DNA of 64,000 nucleotides from Bacteroidaceae bacterium (GTDB taxonomy: Bacteria; Bacteroidota; Bacteroidia; Bacteroidales; Bacteroidaceae). Shown one piece after another: positions 45,300-55,886 of the stretch (within the stretch, counting starts at the first letter, position 1; every line of letters starts with the position of its first letter). A model generated the notes under the pieces. The model searched no databases. It saw nothing but the letters and a program-made list of their open reading frames with translations, and was not told the origin of the DNA. The DNA lies in contig JAZLLE010000063.1 in the NCBI GenBank assembly GCA_045597985.1, positions 13,973 through 77,972 on the forward strand, read 5' to 3'. Made by a program: the position numbers and the translations under genes.

Positions 45300-45999
45300 A
45301 GAATTATTAGAAAACACATTCACTAATTCCTATCTTATTTTGGACCATCGGATGCCCTATTTGGCGTCCTCACGCAGTTTCTCTTTATATTTCCCGTCAT
45401 AGTCATCACCTCTCGGAACAAGGTACTTGAAGAACACGCAGTCGTAAATGATCTGTATGTGGAAGATGAAGAACGTACGGAGGCCCACGTTTTGTATCAA
45501 AACTGTAATCTGAGAGTGTTAGCCAGTTGAACAATAAGCTCGCATACTATGATGGAGCGGTGTTGTATCAATAAGGAATATTTACATATTTCGCTCAGCT
45601 CATGATGTCGCTCTGACTGTTTGCCTGATGTAAATATGAGGATTTTACCTCCATATTACAGGCGCGTCGGATGTGTCGCCTAAGACGCCCGTTTCCTGGG
45701 TTCAATAGATGACAAGTGGAGGTCATCTATAGAACCTTCGAGACCCCCTTCTTTTATGAGCGTTTTATGAATTTGAATAGATTGAGGCCAGAACTGGCAT
45801 CCGAACCCTCTTGTCATATTTCATATTCTGCTTGTACATTCTTGTCGCGAGTTGTAAAATATCCTAACAAATCTTTATCCCACACTTTTTGGGCGAGCCG
45901 TTTTGGCCAGTCCGATAGCGAACATTATCATTACGTTATTTTATAGCTTGAGAAAACTGTCCCCGTTTTTGTATAACTTCGTGGCAAATTTCTTTTTAG

Positions 46000-47910
46000 A
46001 TGGCTATATTATCTATTCTACTTGCATTTCTGCTAGCCGCCCCGTTTAGTGGAGCCATGCAGCCTGTTACCTCAAAAAAGAGTATGGAACGTGTGTCCAC
46101 AGATACCTTGCGCATGAGTTTTGACTTAAATATCTCAAACGGATGGCACGTCTATTCAACACACCAGACCGGAGGTCCTACCAGCGCAGAGATTCAGCTT
46201 GACTCCATTTCCGGTGCCAGACTTGCAGGCTACTTGAGATTCAATGGTGAGGAACAGAGACATCACGATGCAATGTTCGGAGCCGAAGTCAGCTATTTTA
46301 AGAGGCACGTCCGTTTCATACAAGATGTAGTCCTGACATCAGACGAATGGCATATTGAAGGCAACCTCACATACGGAGCCTGCAATGACGAGAGCTGCCT
46401 GCCCCCCACACACATAGAATTCGCCTACGAGTCAGCCACTGCCGTTAGTCCGGAACATACGGACAGTATTGCCAGTGACCATACCGACTTTAGTGCCCTG
46501 GAAGGTTTTGATAGCTCACAATGGACACCGGTAAGTTACAGCGAGGCCCCACTCAGTCAGGACCGCGGTTTGTTGGCACTGTTTCTGACCAGTATGCTTG
46601 GCGGATTGCTGGCATTGCTCACGCCTTGTGTCTGGCCCATCATCCCAATGACCGTAAGTTTCTTCCTGAAGCGCTCAGCAGACCGCCACAAAGCCTTGCG
46701 CGATGCTATTATCTACGGACTGTGCATAATGGCTGTCTATGTAAGCATTGGTTTGGTCATCACGCTGATTTTCGGAGCCAACGCCCTGAATTCGCTGGCC
46801 ACAAGCGCCATAGTCAACATAATATTCTTTGCAGTCTTGGCCGCATTCGCATTCTCGTTCTTCGGACTGTTTGAAATAACCTTGCCATCTGGTTGGAGTA
46901 CAGGCACCGACCGCAAAGCCCGAAATTCAGGTTTCGGAGGTCTGTTCTTTATGGCACTTACCCTGGCCATTGTATCGTTCTCCTGCACAGGCCCTATTAT
47001 AGGATTCCTGCTTGTAGATGCCGCCCAGAACGGCAGCATCCTTGCACCCACAATAGGAATGACCGGCTTCTCGCTGGCACTGGCCATTCCATTCGCACTG
47101 TTCGCCATGTTCCCCGGCTGGCTAAAGTCCATGCCACGCTCTGGCGGATGGATGCATAAAGTCAAGGTAACCCTGGGATTCGTTGAGCTGGCTTTCTCGC
47201 TCAAGTTCCTGTCTGTAGCCGATATGGCATACGGCTGGGGCATACTGCCACGCGAGCTTTTCATAATCCTGTGGATAATAATGGCAGTAATCCTGGGTCT
47301 GTACCTGCTCGGTATTATAAAATTCGGAAAAGAGGGAAAATCAGACAGGCCCGGACCAGTGTCAATAACTGTAGGCATAATCTCACTGCTATTCGCCGCA
47401 TGGCTTGTGCCCGGCCTCTGGGGTGCACAGCTCAAGGCCATAAGCGCTTTCTGCCCGCCTATGTCAACACGCATCCTCAAGAGTGACGTCACTGTGATTG
47501 AGGCCGATTTCACCGACTATTCCCAAGCCCTTGCAGCCTCAAGGGAAAGCGGCAAGCCCGTACTGGTTGACTTCACCGGCTTCGGCTGCGTAAACTGCCG
47601 CAAGATGGAAGCCGCTGTATGGACCGACCCCGACGTGTCAGCCACAATCAGGAACAACTACATTCTGGTCTCACTCTATGTTGATGACCGCACACCCCTG
47701 GACCATCCTGCAACAGTAACAGAGAACGGTCAAAACGTAAAGATACGCACCGTGGGTGACAAATGGAGCCTGCTACAACGCTATAAATTCGCCGCCAACG
47801 CCCAGCCGTTCTATGTCATTGTTGACTCAGACGGCAAAATGTTGGCCGGTCCCTACACATTTGATCAGGACGTAACCCACTTCAAGGATTTCCTCAAGCT
47901 GAAGAACTGA
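46000..47910 (+). CDS. dsbD: Thiol:disulfide interchange protein DsbD-family (protein-disulfide reductase)
   Basis: Signal peptide, an N-terminal domain with GACNDESCLPP, a central 8-TM DsbD domain (LTPCVWPIIP, SFSCTGPIIG) and a C-terminal thioredoxin fold (FGCVNCRKME). Confidence 0.85.
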   Translation: MAILSILLAFLLAAPFSGAMQPVTSKKSMERVSTDTLRMSFDLNISNGWHVYSTHQTGGPTSAEIQLDSISGARLAGYLRFNGEEQRHHDAMFGAEVSYFKRHVRFIQDVVLTSDEWHIEGNLTYGACNDESCLPPTHIEFAYESATAVSPEHTDSIASDHTDFSALEGFDSSQWTPVSYSEAPLSQDRGLLALFLTSMLGGLLALLTPCVWPIIPMTVSFFLKRSADRHKALRDAIIYGLCIMAVYVSIGLVITLIFGANALNSLATSAIVNIIFFAVLAAFAFSFFGLFEITLPSGWSTGTDRKARNSGFGGLFFMALTLAIVSFSCTGPIIGFLLVDAAQNGSILAPTIGMTGFSLALAIPFALFAMFPGWLKSMPRSGGWMHKVKVTLGFVELAFSLKFLSVADMAYGWGILPRELFIILWIIMAVILGLYLLGIIKFGKEGKSDRPGPVSITVGIISLLFAAWLVPGLWGAQLKAISAFCPPMSTRILKSDVTVIEADFTDYSQALAASRESGKPVLVDFTGFGCVNCRKMEAAVWTDPDVSATIRNNYILVSLYVDDRTPLDHPATVTENGQNVKIRTVGDKWSLLQRYKFAANAQPFYVIVDSDGKMLAGPYTFDQDVTHFKDFLKLKN

Positions 47911-47968
47911 TACAGGCCGCAGAATGCAAAACAAAAAAGACCGGCCATACAATGACCAGTCTCACGAG

Positions 47969-48043
47969 TGTTTCGTCGCGGATTCGAACCGCGGACCTCT
48001 TGCGTGTGAAGCAAGCGCTCTAAACCGGCTGAGCTAACGAAAC
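47969..48043 (-). tRNA. tRNA-Val (anticodon CAC)
   Basis: The reverse complement folds as acceptor GTTTCGT/ACGAAAC, D arm GCTC..GAGC, anticodon stem CTTGC/GCAAG with loop TTCACAC, and T arm CGCGG-TTCGAAT-CCGCG. Confidence 0.9.
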
Positions 48044-48105
48044 ATTAATCTCGGCCGCAAAGATACACAAATTTTGATTATGTGTCCTGTGTGGCCGAAA
48101 CTATT

Positions 48106-49608
48106 TTATCCAATCAGCACCTTGCCGGTCATATCCGACGGAACGGGCAGGCCCATAATGGCCAGGATGCTCGGAGCCACGTCGGCCAGGATACCATCAT
48201 GTACGGTAGCCTCCTTGCGCGGAGTGACATAGATTACCGGAACAGGATTCAGAGAGTGTGCGGTGTTTGGAGTGCCGTCGGCGTTGACCGCATTGTCGGC
48301 ATTTCCGTGATCGGCAATGATGATGGCCTCGTAGCCGTGAGCCTTGGCGGTCTCAATCACATCGTGAACGCAGGTATCGACAGCTGTGACAGCCTTCTCT
48401 ATTGCCTCATATACGCCAGTATGGCCCACCATATCACCGTTAGCGAAATTCACCACGATGAAATCGTACTTGTCAGTAGAGATTGCCTCAACCAGGCGGT
48501 CGCGTACCAGATAGGCGCTCATCTCCGGCTGAAGGTCGTATGTAGCTACCTTCGGTGACGGAACAAGTATGCGGTCCTCACCCTCGTACGGAGTCTCGCG
48601 GCCACCGTTCAGGAAGAATGTAACGTGAGCGTACTTCTCGGTCTCGGCAATGTGGAGCTGGGCCAGTTTCTGACTCGACACATACTCGCCGAGGGTGTTG
48701 TTCACGTTCTCCTTGTCGAACAGGATATGAACGCCCTGGAATGATGCGTCGTACGGAGTGAGGCAGTAGTACTGCAGGCCAGGTATGGTGCTCATACCGG
48801 CCTCCGGCATATCCCGCTGTGTGAGTACTATGGTAAGCTCCTTGGCACGGTCGTTGCGGAAGTTGAAGAAGATAATCACATCGCCCTCCTCAATGCGGCT
48901 GTCGTATGCGGTGTTGACGATTGGTTTCATAAACTCGTCGGTAACGCCATCCTCGTATGACTCAAGTACAGCCTTGACCATATCGTCGGCCTTCTTGCCC
49001 TCACCGTTAACCAGCTGGTCGTAGGCTACCTTAACGCGTTCCCAACGCTTGTCACGGTCCATGGCATAATAGCGGCCAATGATGGTAGCCACTTTGTCGC
49101 CACGCTCCACAAGAGTCTTGACGAAGCCCCGACCGCTCTTCGGGTCGGTATCGCGGCCGTCCATAAAGCAGTGTACGTATGCGTTGTCCAGGCCATACTC
49201 GCGGGCGATGTCGCAGAACTTAAGAAGATGTTCCAGTGAGCTATGTACGCCGCCGTCCGACACCAGGCCCATCAGATGCAGCTTCTTGCCGGTCTTCCTG
49301 GCATAGCTGTATGCGGCCACAACCTCAGGATTCTGCATAATGCTGTTGTCAGCAATGGCATGGTTAATCTTGACAAGGTCCTGATATACCACGCGGCCTG
49401 CTCCGATGTTCAGATGGCCAACCTCTGAGTTACCCATCTGGCCGTCTGGCAGACCTACATTCTCACCACTGGCAAGCAGCTGTGCGTGCGGATAGGTGGC
49501 GTTGAGATAGTCCATATAAGGAGTAGGCGTGTTGAAGATGACATCTGACTTTGAACGGTTTCCAATACCCCAGCCGTCAAGGATCATAAGCAATGCTTTC
49601 TGTTTCAT
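48106..49608 (-). CDS. gpmI: 2,3-bisphosphoglycerate-independent phosphoglycerate mutase
   Basis: A 500 aa ORF with [22 protein letters not shown] and other iPGM motifs. Confidence 0.95.
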   Translation of the reverse strand: MKQKALLMILDGWGIGNRSKSDVIFNTPTPYMDYLNATYPHAQLLASGENVGLPDGQMGNSEVGHLNIGAGRVVYQDLVKINHAIADNSIMQNPEVVAAYSYARKTGKKLHLMGLVSDGGVHSSLEHLLKFCDIAREYGLDNAYVHCFMDGRDTDPKSGRGFVKTLVERGDKVATIIGRYYAMDRDKRWERVKVAYDQLVNGEGKKADDMVKAVLESYEDGVTDEFMKPIVNTAYDSRIEEGDVIIFFNFRNDRAKELTIVLTQRDMPEAGMSTIPGLQYYCLTPYDASFQGVHILFDKENVNNTLGEYVSSQKLAQLHIAETEKYAHVTFFLNGGRETPYEGEDRILVPSPKVATYDLQPEMSAYLVRDRLVEAISTDKYDFIVVNFANGDMVGHTGVYEAIEKAVTAVDTCVHDVIETAKAHGYEAIIIADHGNADNAVNADGTPNTAHSLNPVPVIYVTPRKEATVHDGILADVAPSILAIMGLPVPSDMTGKVLIG

Positions 49609-49644
49609 ATATGTTTAGGTTAAATTATTTACACAAGTGGACGC

Positions 49645-49652
49645 AAAGTTAC
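49645..49652 (-). promoter_or_regulatory. -7 promoter box TAACTTTG upstream of gpmI
   Basis: The minus strand reads gTAACTTTGcg about 37 nt upstream of the ATG at 49608. Confidence 0.4.
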
Positions 49653-49694
49653 AAAAAGAACAGTTTCACTATTCCCGTTTAAAATAAAAACCGA

Positions 49695-49702
49695 TACCTT
49701 TG
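49695..49702 (+). promoter_or_regulatory. -7 promoter box TACCTTTG upstream of the S8 peptidase gene
   Basis: Fits TAnnTTTG, about 20 nt upstream of the ATG at 49723. Confidence 0.35.
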
Positions 49703-49722
49703 CGTATCAAAAACAAACCAAA

Positions 49723-51141
49723 ATGAATTTTCTTGCAATTCTTTTCATCTACTTTCTGAGTTTCTCAGACAAGAACGGAAGCGACCACATCGCATTGGGA
49801 GAGCGCGCGATAGAGCAACGCGCCAAGTGGAACATTGAGATTGACTCACTGGACTATACCGTCAGTCCTGTTTATCTGGACAGTGTACGCTCCCTGGGAG
49901 CTACGGTGATGCACACCAGCCGTTGGATAAACGGCGCCACCGTGAGCATCCCTGAGGACAGCATCACTCTGGCAAGGCTGAAGGAATGCAGTTTCATTAA
50001 GGATATTGAGCTCACGCGTGATGAATCACATCAACAAATAGAATCTATAGTCAAAGATACTGATATTGAAGTACCAGTCGGGAACGACTCTGCCATATAC
50101 GGCAGAGCACTCCAGCAGCTTGAGCTGTACAATCTGCCGCCACTGCACAAGGCAGGCTTTGAGGGTCAGGGCATACATCTGGCGGTAATTGACGGCGGAT
50201 TTCAGAACGCAGACTCCGTCACAGCTTTCAATCCTATCCGCGAACAGATACTCGGGCATTATGACCTTACAGACGACAAATACGATTTCTTCGGTGACAA
50301 GGGTTTCCACGGCACTGCCTGCCTGAGCCTCATTGCCGCAGTACGCAATGATTTTCTGGGCTCAGCCACTAAAGCCTGCTATTATATGATACGCTCCGAG
50401 GAATGCGATACAGAGAGCCCAAAGGAGGGCGACAATCTGGTGGCCGCACTGGAGCTGGCGGACAGCCTCGGCGTAAATATTGCATCCATATCACTGGGAT
50501 ACTATGCGTTCGACAACACAAGCCTGAATTATACATATCAGGATATGGACGGTAAGTCAACACGTCCGTCACGCGCCGCCACAATCGCGGCCAGGAAGGG
50601 AATGTTGCTCTGCGTCTCCGCCGGAAACGAGGGGAAAAAGGAGTGGCACTACATCACCACTCCGGCCGATGCGGACAGTATCCTTACAGTGGGTGCTGTC
50701 TATAAAAACAGGAAAGTCACTGATTTCTCGTCACGCGGACCAGCGTACGATGGCAGGATAAAGCCTGAGGTATGCGCTTTCGGCAGCCAGGCCACGATAT
50801 TGAATGCGAGTACAGACTCACTTCGAACCGGCAGCGGAACATCGTTCGCCTGCCCGCTTACTGCAGGTCTGGCAGCTTGCCTGTGGTCAGCCCATCCGGA
50901 TGAGACTGCTCAGCAGATACGCTGGCGAATAATATGCTCCGCCGACCGCTATGATGCTCCGGACAGCGATTACGGCTATGGCATTCCAGATGCCTGGAAG
51001 GCCCACACACTGTCAGTCACGAAAGCCGGGACTGCCACAAATAGCACGTACAGTACCAACAAGACATTCATTGACGGACATATTCTTATCCTGAAGGGAG
51101 ATGAATATTATGATATTTCTGGCAGAAAAAGTACTAAATAG
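49723..51141 (+). CDS. S8-family (subtilisin-like) serine peptidase
   Basis: Catalytic triad contexts AVIDGGF (Asp), HGTACLS (His) and GTSFACP (Ser), with an N-terminal signal/anchor. Confidence 0.85.
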   Translation: MNFLAILFIYFLSFSDKNGSDHIALGERAIEQRAKWNIEIDSLDYTVSPVYLDSVRSLGATVMHTSRWINGATVSIPEDSITLARLKECSFIKDIELTRDESHQQIESIVKDTDIEVPVGNDSAIYGRALQQLELYNLPPLHKAGFEGQGIHLAVIDGGFQNADSVTAFNPIREQILGHYDLTDDKYDFFGDKGFHGTACLSLIAAVRNDFLGSATKACYYMIRSEECDTESPKEGDNLVAALELADSLGVNIASISLGYYAFDNTSLNYTYQDMDGKSTRPSRAATIAARKGMLLCVSAGNEGKKEWHYITTPADADSILTVGAVYKNRKVTDFSSRGPAYDGRIKPEVCAFGSQATILNASTDSLRTGSGTSFACPLTAGLAACLWSAHPDETAQQIRWRIICSADRYDAPDSDYGYGIPDAWKAHTLSVTKAGTATNSTYSTNKTFIDGHILILKGDEYYDISGRKSTK

Positions 51142-51206
51142 CGCCACAATCCGTGATGATAACCTTGTTTAACGTATAGATTGGCCTGCCCAACGAAAAT
51201 AACATA

Positions 51207-51214
51207 TATATTTG
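51207..51214 (+). promoter_or_regulatory. -7 promoter box TATATTTG
   Basis: Fits TAnnTTTG, 73 nt upstream of the ATG at 51287. Confidence 0.4.
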
Positions 51215-51286
51215 CACCGCAAACAAGCGGGGGAAGCCGAAAACCCATGACAGAGTAGGCTGGACTAAAACATTTATTATTACAAA

Positions 51287-51766
51287 ATGAAAAAAATCGT
51301 TTTAGCTATCGCATTAGCAGTATGTACACTTAGCGCAAACGCTCAGGTATGGATGGGAGGAAGTCTTGGTCTCAATGTTACAAAGAACAAGATAATTGAT
51401 GACACCAACACAACATTTACAATAGCTCCAGAGGTAGGTTATTCACTCAATGACAATTGGGATGTTGCCTTAGGTCTTGGCTATTCAACAGACACCAAAG
51501 CCTTCTCTATCAAGCCATACGCACGTTATACATTCGCTCAGCTGGGCAGCGTTGGTTTCTTCGTTGACGGTGGAATTGACTACACCACAAAGGTTGACGA
51601 GTTCTGGATTGGTCTTCGTCCGGGCATTAAGTTTGCCGCATCAGACAAGATTACACTTGTAGCTCACCTTGGCAGCTTTGGTTACGTTACAAACGACGCA
51701 GCAAGCAACTTTGGTCTGAATATCAACAACAGCGCATTGTCATTCGGAATGTACTGGGCTTTCTAA
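51287..51766 (+). CDS. Small outer-membrane beta-barrel protein
   Basis: A 159 aa ORF with a signal peptide ending ANAQ, an alternating beta-strand pattern and a C-terminal aromatic residue (MYWAF). Confidence 0.7.
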   Translation: MKKIVLAIALAVCTLSANAQVWMGGSLGLNVTKNKIIDDTNTTFTIAPEVGYSLNDNWDVALGLGYSTDTKAFSIKPYARYTFAQLGSVGFFVDGGIDYTTKVDEFWIGLRPGIKFAASDKITLVAHLGSFGYVTNDAASNFGLNINNSALSFGMYWAF

Positions 51767-51840
51767 TCAGAACTGAAATCAGAAATAAGGAGTGGTCTTC
51801 AGCATACGTGCCAAGGCCACTCTTTTTTAATAATACAATT

Positions 51841-52815
51841 ATGGCAGAGATTAAGTCAATAGGCATCATAACATCGGGAGGAGATGCGCCAGGAATGAAC
51901 GCGGCGGTCAGAGCCGTAACCCGCTCGGCGATATTCGCAGGCTGGAAGGTATTCGGTATATACCGTGGCTGGGAAGGCCTTATTCACGAGGATATCAAGG
52001 AGTTCACCACCGAGAGCGTGAGCAGTATAATACAGAGGGGCGGTACTATTCTCAAGACAGCACGCAGTGAGGAGTTCCGCACGCGCGACGGCCGGGACAA
52101 AGCCTATCAGACTCTTTGCAAATACCATATTGACGCACTAATAGTAATAGGTGGCAACGGCTCGCTGGCAGGTGCTGAGGAGCTGGCCAGAGAACACGAC
52201 GTGCCCGTGATTGGTCTGCCGGGAACGATTGACAATGATCTGTACGGCACAGATGCCACAATAGGATACGACAGTGCTCTCAACACCATAGTTGAGTGCG
52301 TTGACAAGATACGCGACACAGCTACCTCACACGACCGCATTTTCTTCGTTGAGGTGATGGGGCGCGATGCCGGTTTCCTGGCACAAAACAGTGCCATCGC
52401 CGCAGGAGCGGAGGCTGCGATTATTCCGGAGGACAGCACAGACATAGACCAGCTGGCTACATTCATCAACCGTGGTATCCGCAAGAGCAAGAACAGCTCA
52501 ATAGTAATTGTATCAGAGAAGGATGGCGGTGCCATGCACTATGCGGAGCGCGTACGCAAGGAGTATCCCCAATTCGATGTACGCGTGTCAATACTCGGGC
52601 ATCTTCAGCGCGGTGGCACCCCAAGCGCATACGACCGCATCCTGGCGTCACGACTAGGAGTTGCAGCTATCGAGGCACTTCAGGAGGGACAGCGCAACGT
52701 TATGATTGGCATTGACGATGATAAGATTGTCTATGTGCCAATAGCAAAGGCCATAAAGAAAGACAAGCCCATTGACCCGGAGCTGATAAACGTGCTTACA
52801 GTCCTGTCAATCTGA
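51841..52815 (+). CDS. pfkA: ATP-dependent 6-phosphofructokinase
   Basis: The start is set at [22 protein letters not shown]. The motifs GGDGS-like GGNGS and PGTIDND are present. Confidence 0.9.
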   Translation: MAEIKSIGIITSGGDAPGMNAAVRAVTRSAIFAGWKVFGIYRGWEGLIHEDIKEFTTESVSSIIQRGGTILKTARSEEFRTRDGRDKAYQTLCKYHIDALIVIGGNGSLAGAEELAREHDVPVIGLPGTIDNDLYGTDATIGYDSALNTIVECVDKIRDTATSHDRIFFVEVMGRDAGFLAQNSAIAAGAEAAIIPEDSTDIDQLATFINRGIRKSKNSSIVIVSEKDGGAMHYAERVRKEYPQFDVRVSILGHLQRGGTPSAYDRILASRLGVAAIEALQEGQRNVMIGIDDDKIVYVPIAKAIKKDKPIDPELINVLTVLSI

Positions 52816-52822
52816 GACGGCC

Positions 52823-53431
52823 CTATAATCCAAAATCCAAAGACATCTGACCATCGCCAAGCAGATTGAAAGTAAGGCGATGGTATGGTGTAGTGCCATA
52901 CTCTTTGATGGCCTGTCTGTGTCTTGCGGTAGGGTATCCTTTATTTGAAAGCCAGTCATACTGCGGATACTCTGCCGCTATGGCATTCATGAAGTCATCA
53001 CGATATGTCTTGGCCAGAACCGATGCTGCGGCTATGGACATCATCCTGGCATCGCCTTTTACAATAGTGGTATGAGATATGCCCGGATACGGCTTGAAAC
53101 GGTTGCCATCTATAAGAAGATGCTCCGGTCGAGTTTTCAGTCCGTCAATGGCACGATGCATGGCCAGAATGGATGCTGACAGGATATTGATTTTGTCTAT
53201 CTCGTGGTTATCCACAACTCCGACAGCCCAAGCGAGTGCCTCGCGCTCAATTACAGGACGCAATGCATAACGTTGCCGTTCAGTAAGCTGCTTTGAGTCG
53301 TTCAGCAACTCATTCCTGAAATCAGGCGGCAGAATCACCGCAGCAGCATATACAGGCCCTGCCAGGCAACCGCGTCCGGCCTCATCACATCCGGCCTCTA
53401 TCCTACCCTCTTTAAGAAACGGCAACAACAT
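52823..53431 (-). CDS. rnhB: Ribonuclease HII
   Basis: [15 protein letters not shown] and ILSASILAK motifs. The start is taken at the second Met (MLLPFLK); the first ATG is at 53461. Confidence 0.9.
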   Translation of the reverse strand: MLLPFLKEGRIEAGCDEAGRGCLAGPVYAAAVILPPDFRNELLNDSKQLTERQRYALRPVIEREALAWAVGVVDNHEIDKINILSASILAMHRAIDGLKTRPEHLLIDGNRFKPYPGISHTTIVKGDARMMSIAAASVLAKTYRDDFMNAIAAEYPQYDWLSNKGYPTARHRQAIKEYGTTPYHRLTFNLLGDGQMSLDFGL

Positions 53432-53645
53432 ATCATTACTTTTATGTGCAAATATGAGCAAAAAAAGCGAGACCAGAACCGATACGGTTGAAAACTATTC
53501 ATTCTTTTTAAGTTTATTTATCAATAGTAACAAATGCAAGAAATACGAATAAATAGTAATTTCGCGCAAAATTACAAAAGCGGGGTCTGACTCGGCAATG
53601 AATACGACCATACAGCAAACGTAAAGAATTAAAAATCAGATAGAA

Positions 53646-55883
53646 ATGAAGTTAACAAACCAGATTGAGGGGTTCAAGGGTTACACTTGGAAAAGAGAGA
53701 TTAACGTACGCGACTTTATTCAGCACAACTACACTCCATACGATGGCGATGGCTCGTTCCTGACAGGACCTACAGAGCGCACCACAGTATTGTGGCAGAA
53801 GCTCAGCGAGATGTTCGTTGTTGAGAGAGAGAAAGGAGTCTATGACGCCGAGACCAAGCTGCCACAATCGCTTCACACATACGGGGCTGGCTATATAGAT
53901 AAGGACAACGAGGTTGTTGTAGGTCTTCAGACCGACGCGCCGCTCAAGAGAGGTATTTTCCCGAGAGGCGGCATCAGGATGGTTGAATCCGCCCTTGAGG
54001 CATACGGCTACAAACTGGATCCGGCTACGAAGGACATCTATACGAAATATCGCAAGACACACAATGAGGGTGTTTTCTCGGCATACACAAACGATATCCG
54101 CGCCGCACGTCACGCGCACATCATCACAGGACTGCCAGACGCTTACGGCCGTGGACGTATCATTGGAGACTACCGACGCATTGCCCTTTATGGTGTCAAC
54201 AACCTTATTGAGGAGAAGAAGCGTTTTCTGGACCGTCTGGATATTCAGGAGATGACGGAGGAGTGCATACAGAGCCGCGAGGAGACCAGCGAGCAGATAT
54301 CCGCTCTGAAGGACTTTGTAAAGATGTGCGCCGATTACGGCTTTGATGTGACCGTGCCCGCAAAGAACGCCCGCGAGGCTGTACAGTGGGTGTATTTCGG
54401 CTACCTTGGAGCCGTAAAGGACCAGGACGGAGCCGCAATGTCGCTGGGACGTGTCAGCACATTCCTGGACATTTTCATTGAGAGAGACATCCGCGAGGGA
54501 ATCCTTACCGAGGCTGAGGCTCAGGAATTGATTGACCAGATGGTTATCAAACTGCGCATTGTACGATTCCTGCGTACACCAGAGTACAACGACCTTTTCA
54601 GCGGAGATCCGGTATGGGTTACCGAATCACTGGGCGGTATGGGTGTTGACGGACGCACACTGGTTACCAAGACCTGCTTCCGGATGCTTCACACACTGGA
54701 GAATCTTGGACCGGCACCGGAACCTAACCTCACCGTTCTATGGGCTGAGAAACTGCCTGAGAACTGGAAGAGGTACTGTGCGCAGGTATCAATCAAGACA
54801 AGTGCCATACAATACGAGAACGATGATCTGATGCGCGCTGATTATGGCGATGACTATGGTATTGCCTGCTGCGTAAGCCCTATGAAGATTGGCAAGCAGA
54901 TGCAGTTCTTCGGTGCCCGCGCCAACCTTGCAAAGTGCCTTCTCTACGCCATCAACGGTGGCCGCGACGAGATGACAGGCGAGCAGGTAGGTCCTGATTA
55001 TGCTCCTATCACATCTGAGTACCTTGACTATGAGGAGGTGATGTACAAGTTCGAGAATATGATGAGATGGCTGGCCAAGACATACGTAAATGCCCTCAAG
55101 ATCATCCACTATATGCACGACAAGTACGATTACGAGGCATACCAGATGGCCCTTATTGACGGAGATGTAATTCGCACACGCGCAACGGGAATAGCCGGAT
55201 TGTCTATCGTGACAGACTCACTGGCCGCCATCAAGTACGGCAAGGTGAGGGTTATTCGCGATGAGCGCGGCATTGCCACCGGATTCAAGCAGGAGGGCAG
55301 CTACATTCCTTTCGGCAACAACTTTGAGAATACCGACAAACTGGCACTGATGGTAACTGAGAAGTTTATGGAGTTTCTGCGACAGCACGAGACCTACCGT
55401 CACGCGGAGCCCACGCAGTCACTGCTTACCATTACATCTAACGTTGTCTATGGAAAGAGAACCGGAGCCACTCCTGACGGACGTCCCTGCGGGACACCGT
55501 TCGCTCCTGGCGCAAACCCGATGAACGGGCGCGACACTAAGGGTGCGGTGGCCGCATTGTCATCAGTAGCAAAACTGCCGTTCCAACACAGCCACGACGG
55601 CATATCATACACATTCGCCATCACTCCAGGCACACTCGGCAAAGACACAGAGAGCAAGATTTGCAACCTTGTTGGTCTTCTGGACGGTTATTTCGCTCCG
55701 GATGGAGGACAGCATCTGAATGTGAATGTGTTTGACCGTCAGCTTCTGGAAGATGCCATGGAGCATCCCGAGAAGTATCCGCAGCTCACAATCCGCGTGA
55801 GCGGCTATGCTGTGAACTTTGTAAAGCTCACACGCGAGCAGCAGCTTGACGTTCTGAGCCGTACAATCAACCAAAGTCTGTAA
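53646..55883 (+). CDS. pflB: Formate C-acetyltransferase (pyruvate formate-lyase)
   Basis: A 745 aa ORF with the active-site CCVS motif (IACCVSPM) and the glycyl-radical motif RVSGYAV. Confidence 0.95.
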   Translation: MKLTNQIEGFKGYTWKREINVRDFIQHNYTPYDGDGSFLTGPTERTTVLWQKLSEMFVVEREKGVYDAETKLPQSLHTYGAGYIDKDNEVVVGLQTDAPLKRGIFPRGGIRMVESALEAYGYKLDPATKDIYTKYRKTHNEGVFSAYTNDIRAARHAHIITGLPDAYGRGRIIGDYRRIALYGVNNLIEEKKRFLDRLDIQEMTEECIQSREETSEQISALKDFVKMCADYGFDVTVPAKNAREAVQWVYFGYLGAVKDQDGAAMSLGRVSTFLDIFIERDIREGILTEAEAQELIDQMVIKLRIVRFLRTPEYNDLFSGDPVWVTESLGGMGVDGRTLVTKTCFRMLHTLENLGPAPEPNLTVLWAEKLPENWKRYCAQVSIKTSAIQYENDDLMRADYGDDYGIACCVSPMKIGKQMQFFGARANLAKCLLYAINGGRDEMTGEQVGPDYAPITSEYLDYEEVMYKFENMMRWLAKTYVNALKIIHYMHDKYDYEAYQMALIDGDVIRTRATGIAGLSIVTDSLAAIKYGKVRVIRDERGIATGFKQEGSYIPFGNNFENTDKLALMVTEKFMEFLRQHETYRHAEPTQSLLTITSNVVYGKRTGATPDGRPCGTPFAPGANPMNGRDTKGAVAALSSVAKLPFQHSHDGISYTFAITPGTLGKDTESKICNLVGLLDGYFAPDGGQHLNVNVFDRQLLEDAMEHPEKYPQLTIRVSGYAVNFVKLTREQQLDVLSRTINQSL

Positions 55884-55886
55884 GCA

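Noticed and set aside
45355-45513. A start-less minus-strand reading frame at the island edge, considered as an integrase or transposase remnant.
   Set aside because: I cannot recognise any integrase or transposase motif in the 53 residues. It is kept only as an unexplained ORF tail, not called as a mobile element.
46737-47513. A 258 aa minus-strand ORF inside dsbD.
   Set aside because: It is antisense to the DsbD transmembrane core, which has conserved CxxP/CxGP motifs on the plus strand, so it is a shadow ORF.
53462-53645. A possible FNR/CRP-type site upstream of pflB (partial palindrome GTAATTTCGCGCAAAATTAC).
   Set aside because: It does not fit the TTGAT-N4-ATCAA consensus and the palindrome is imperfect, so the evidence is insufficient to call a regulator site.
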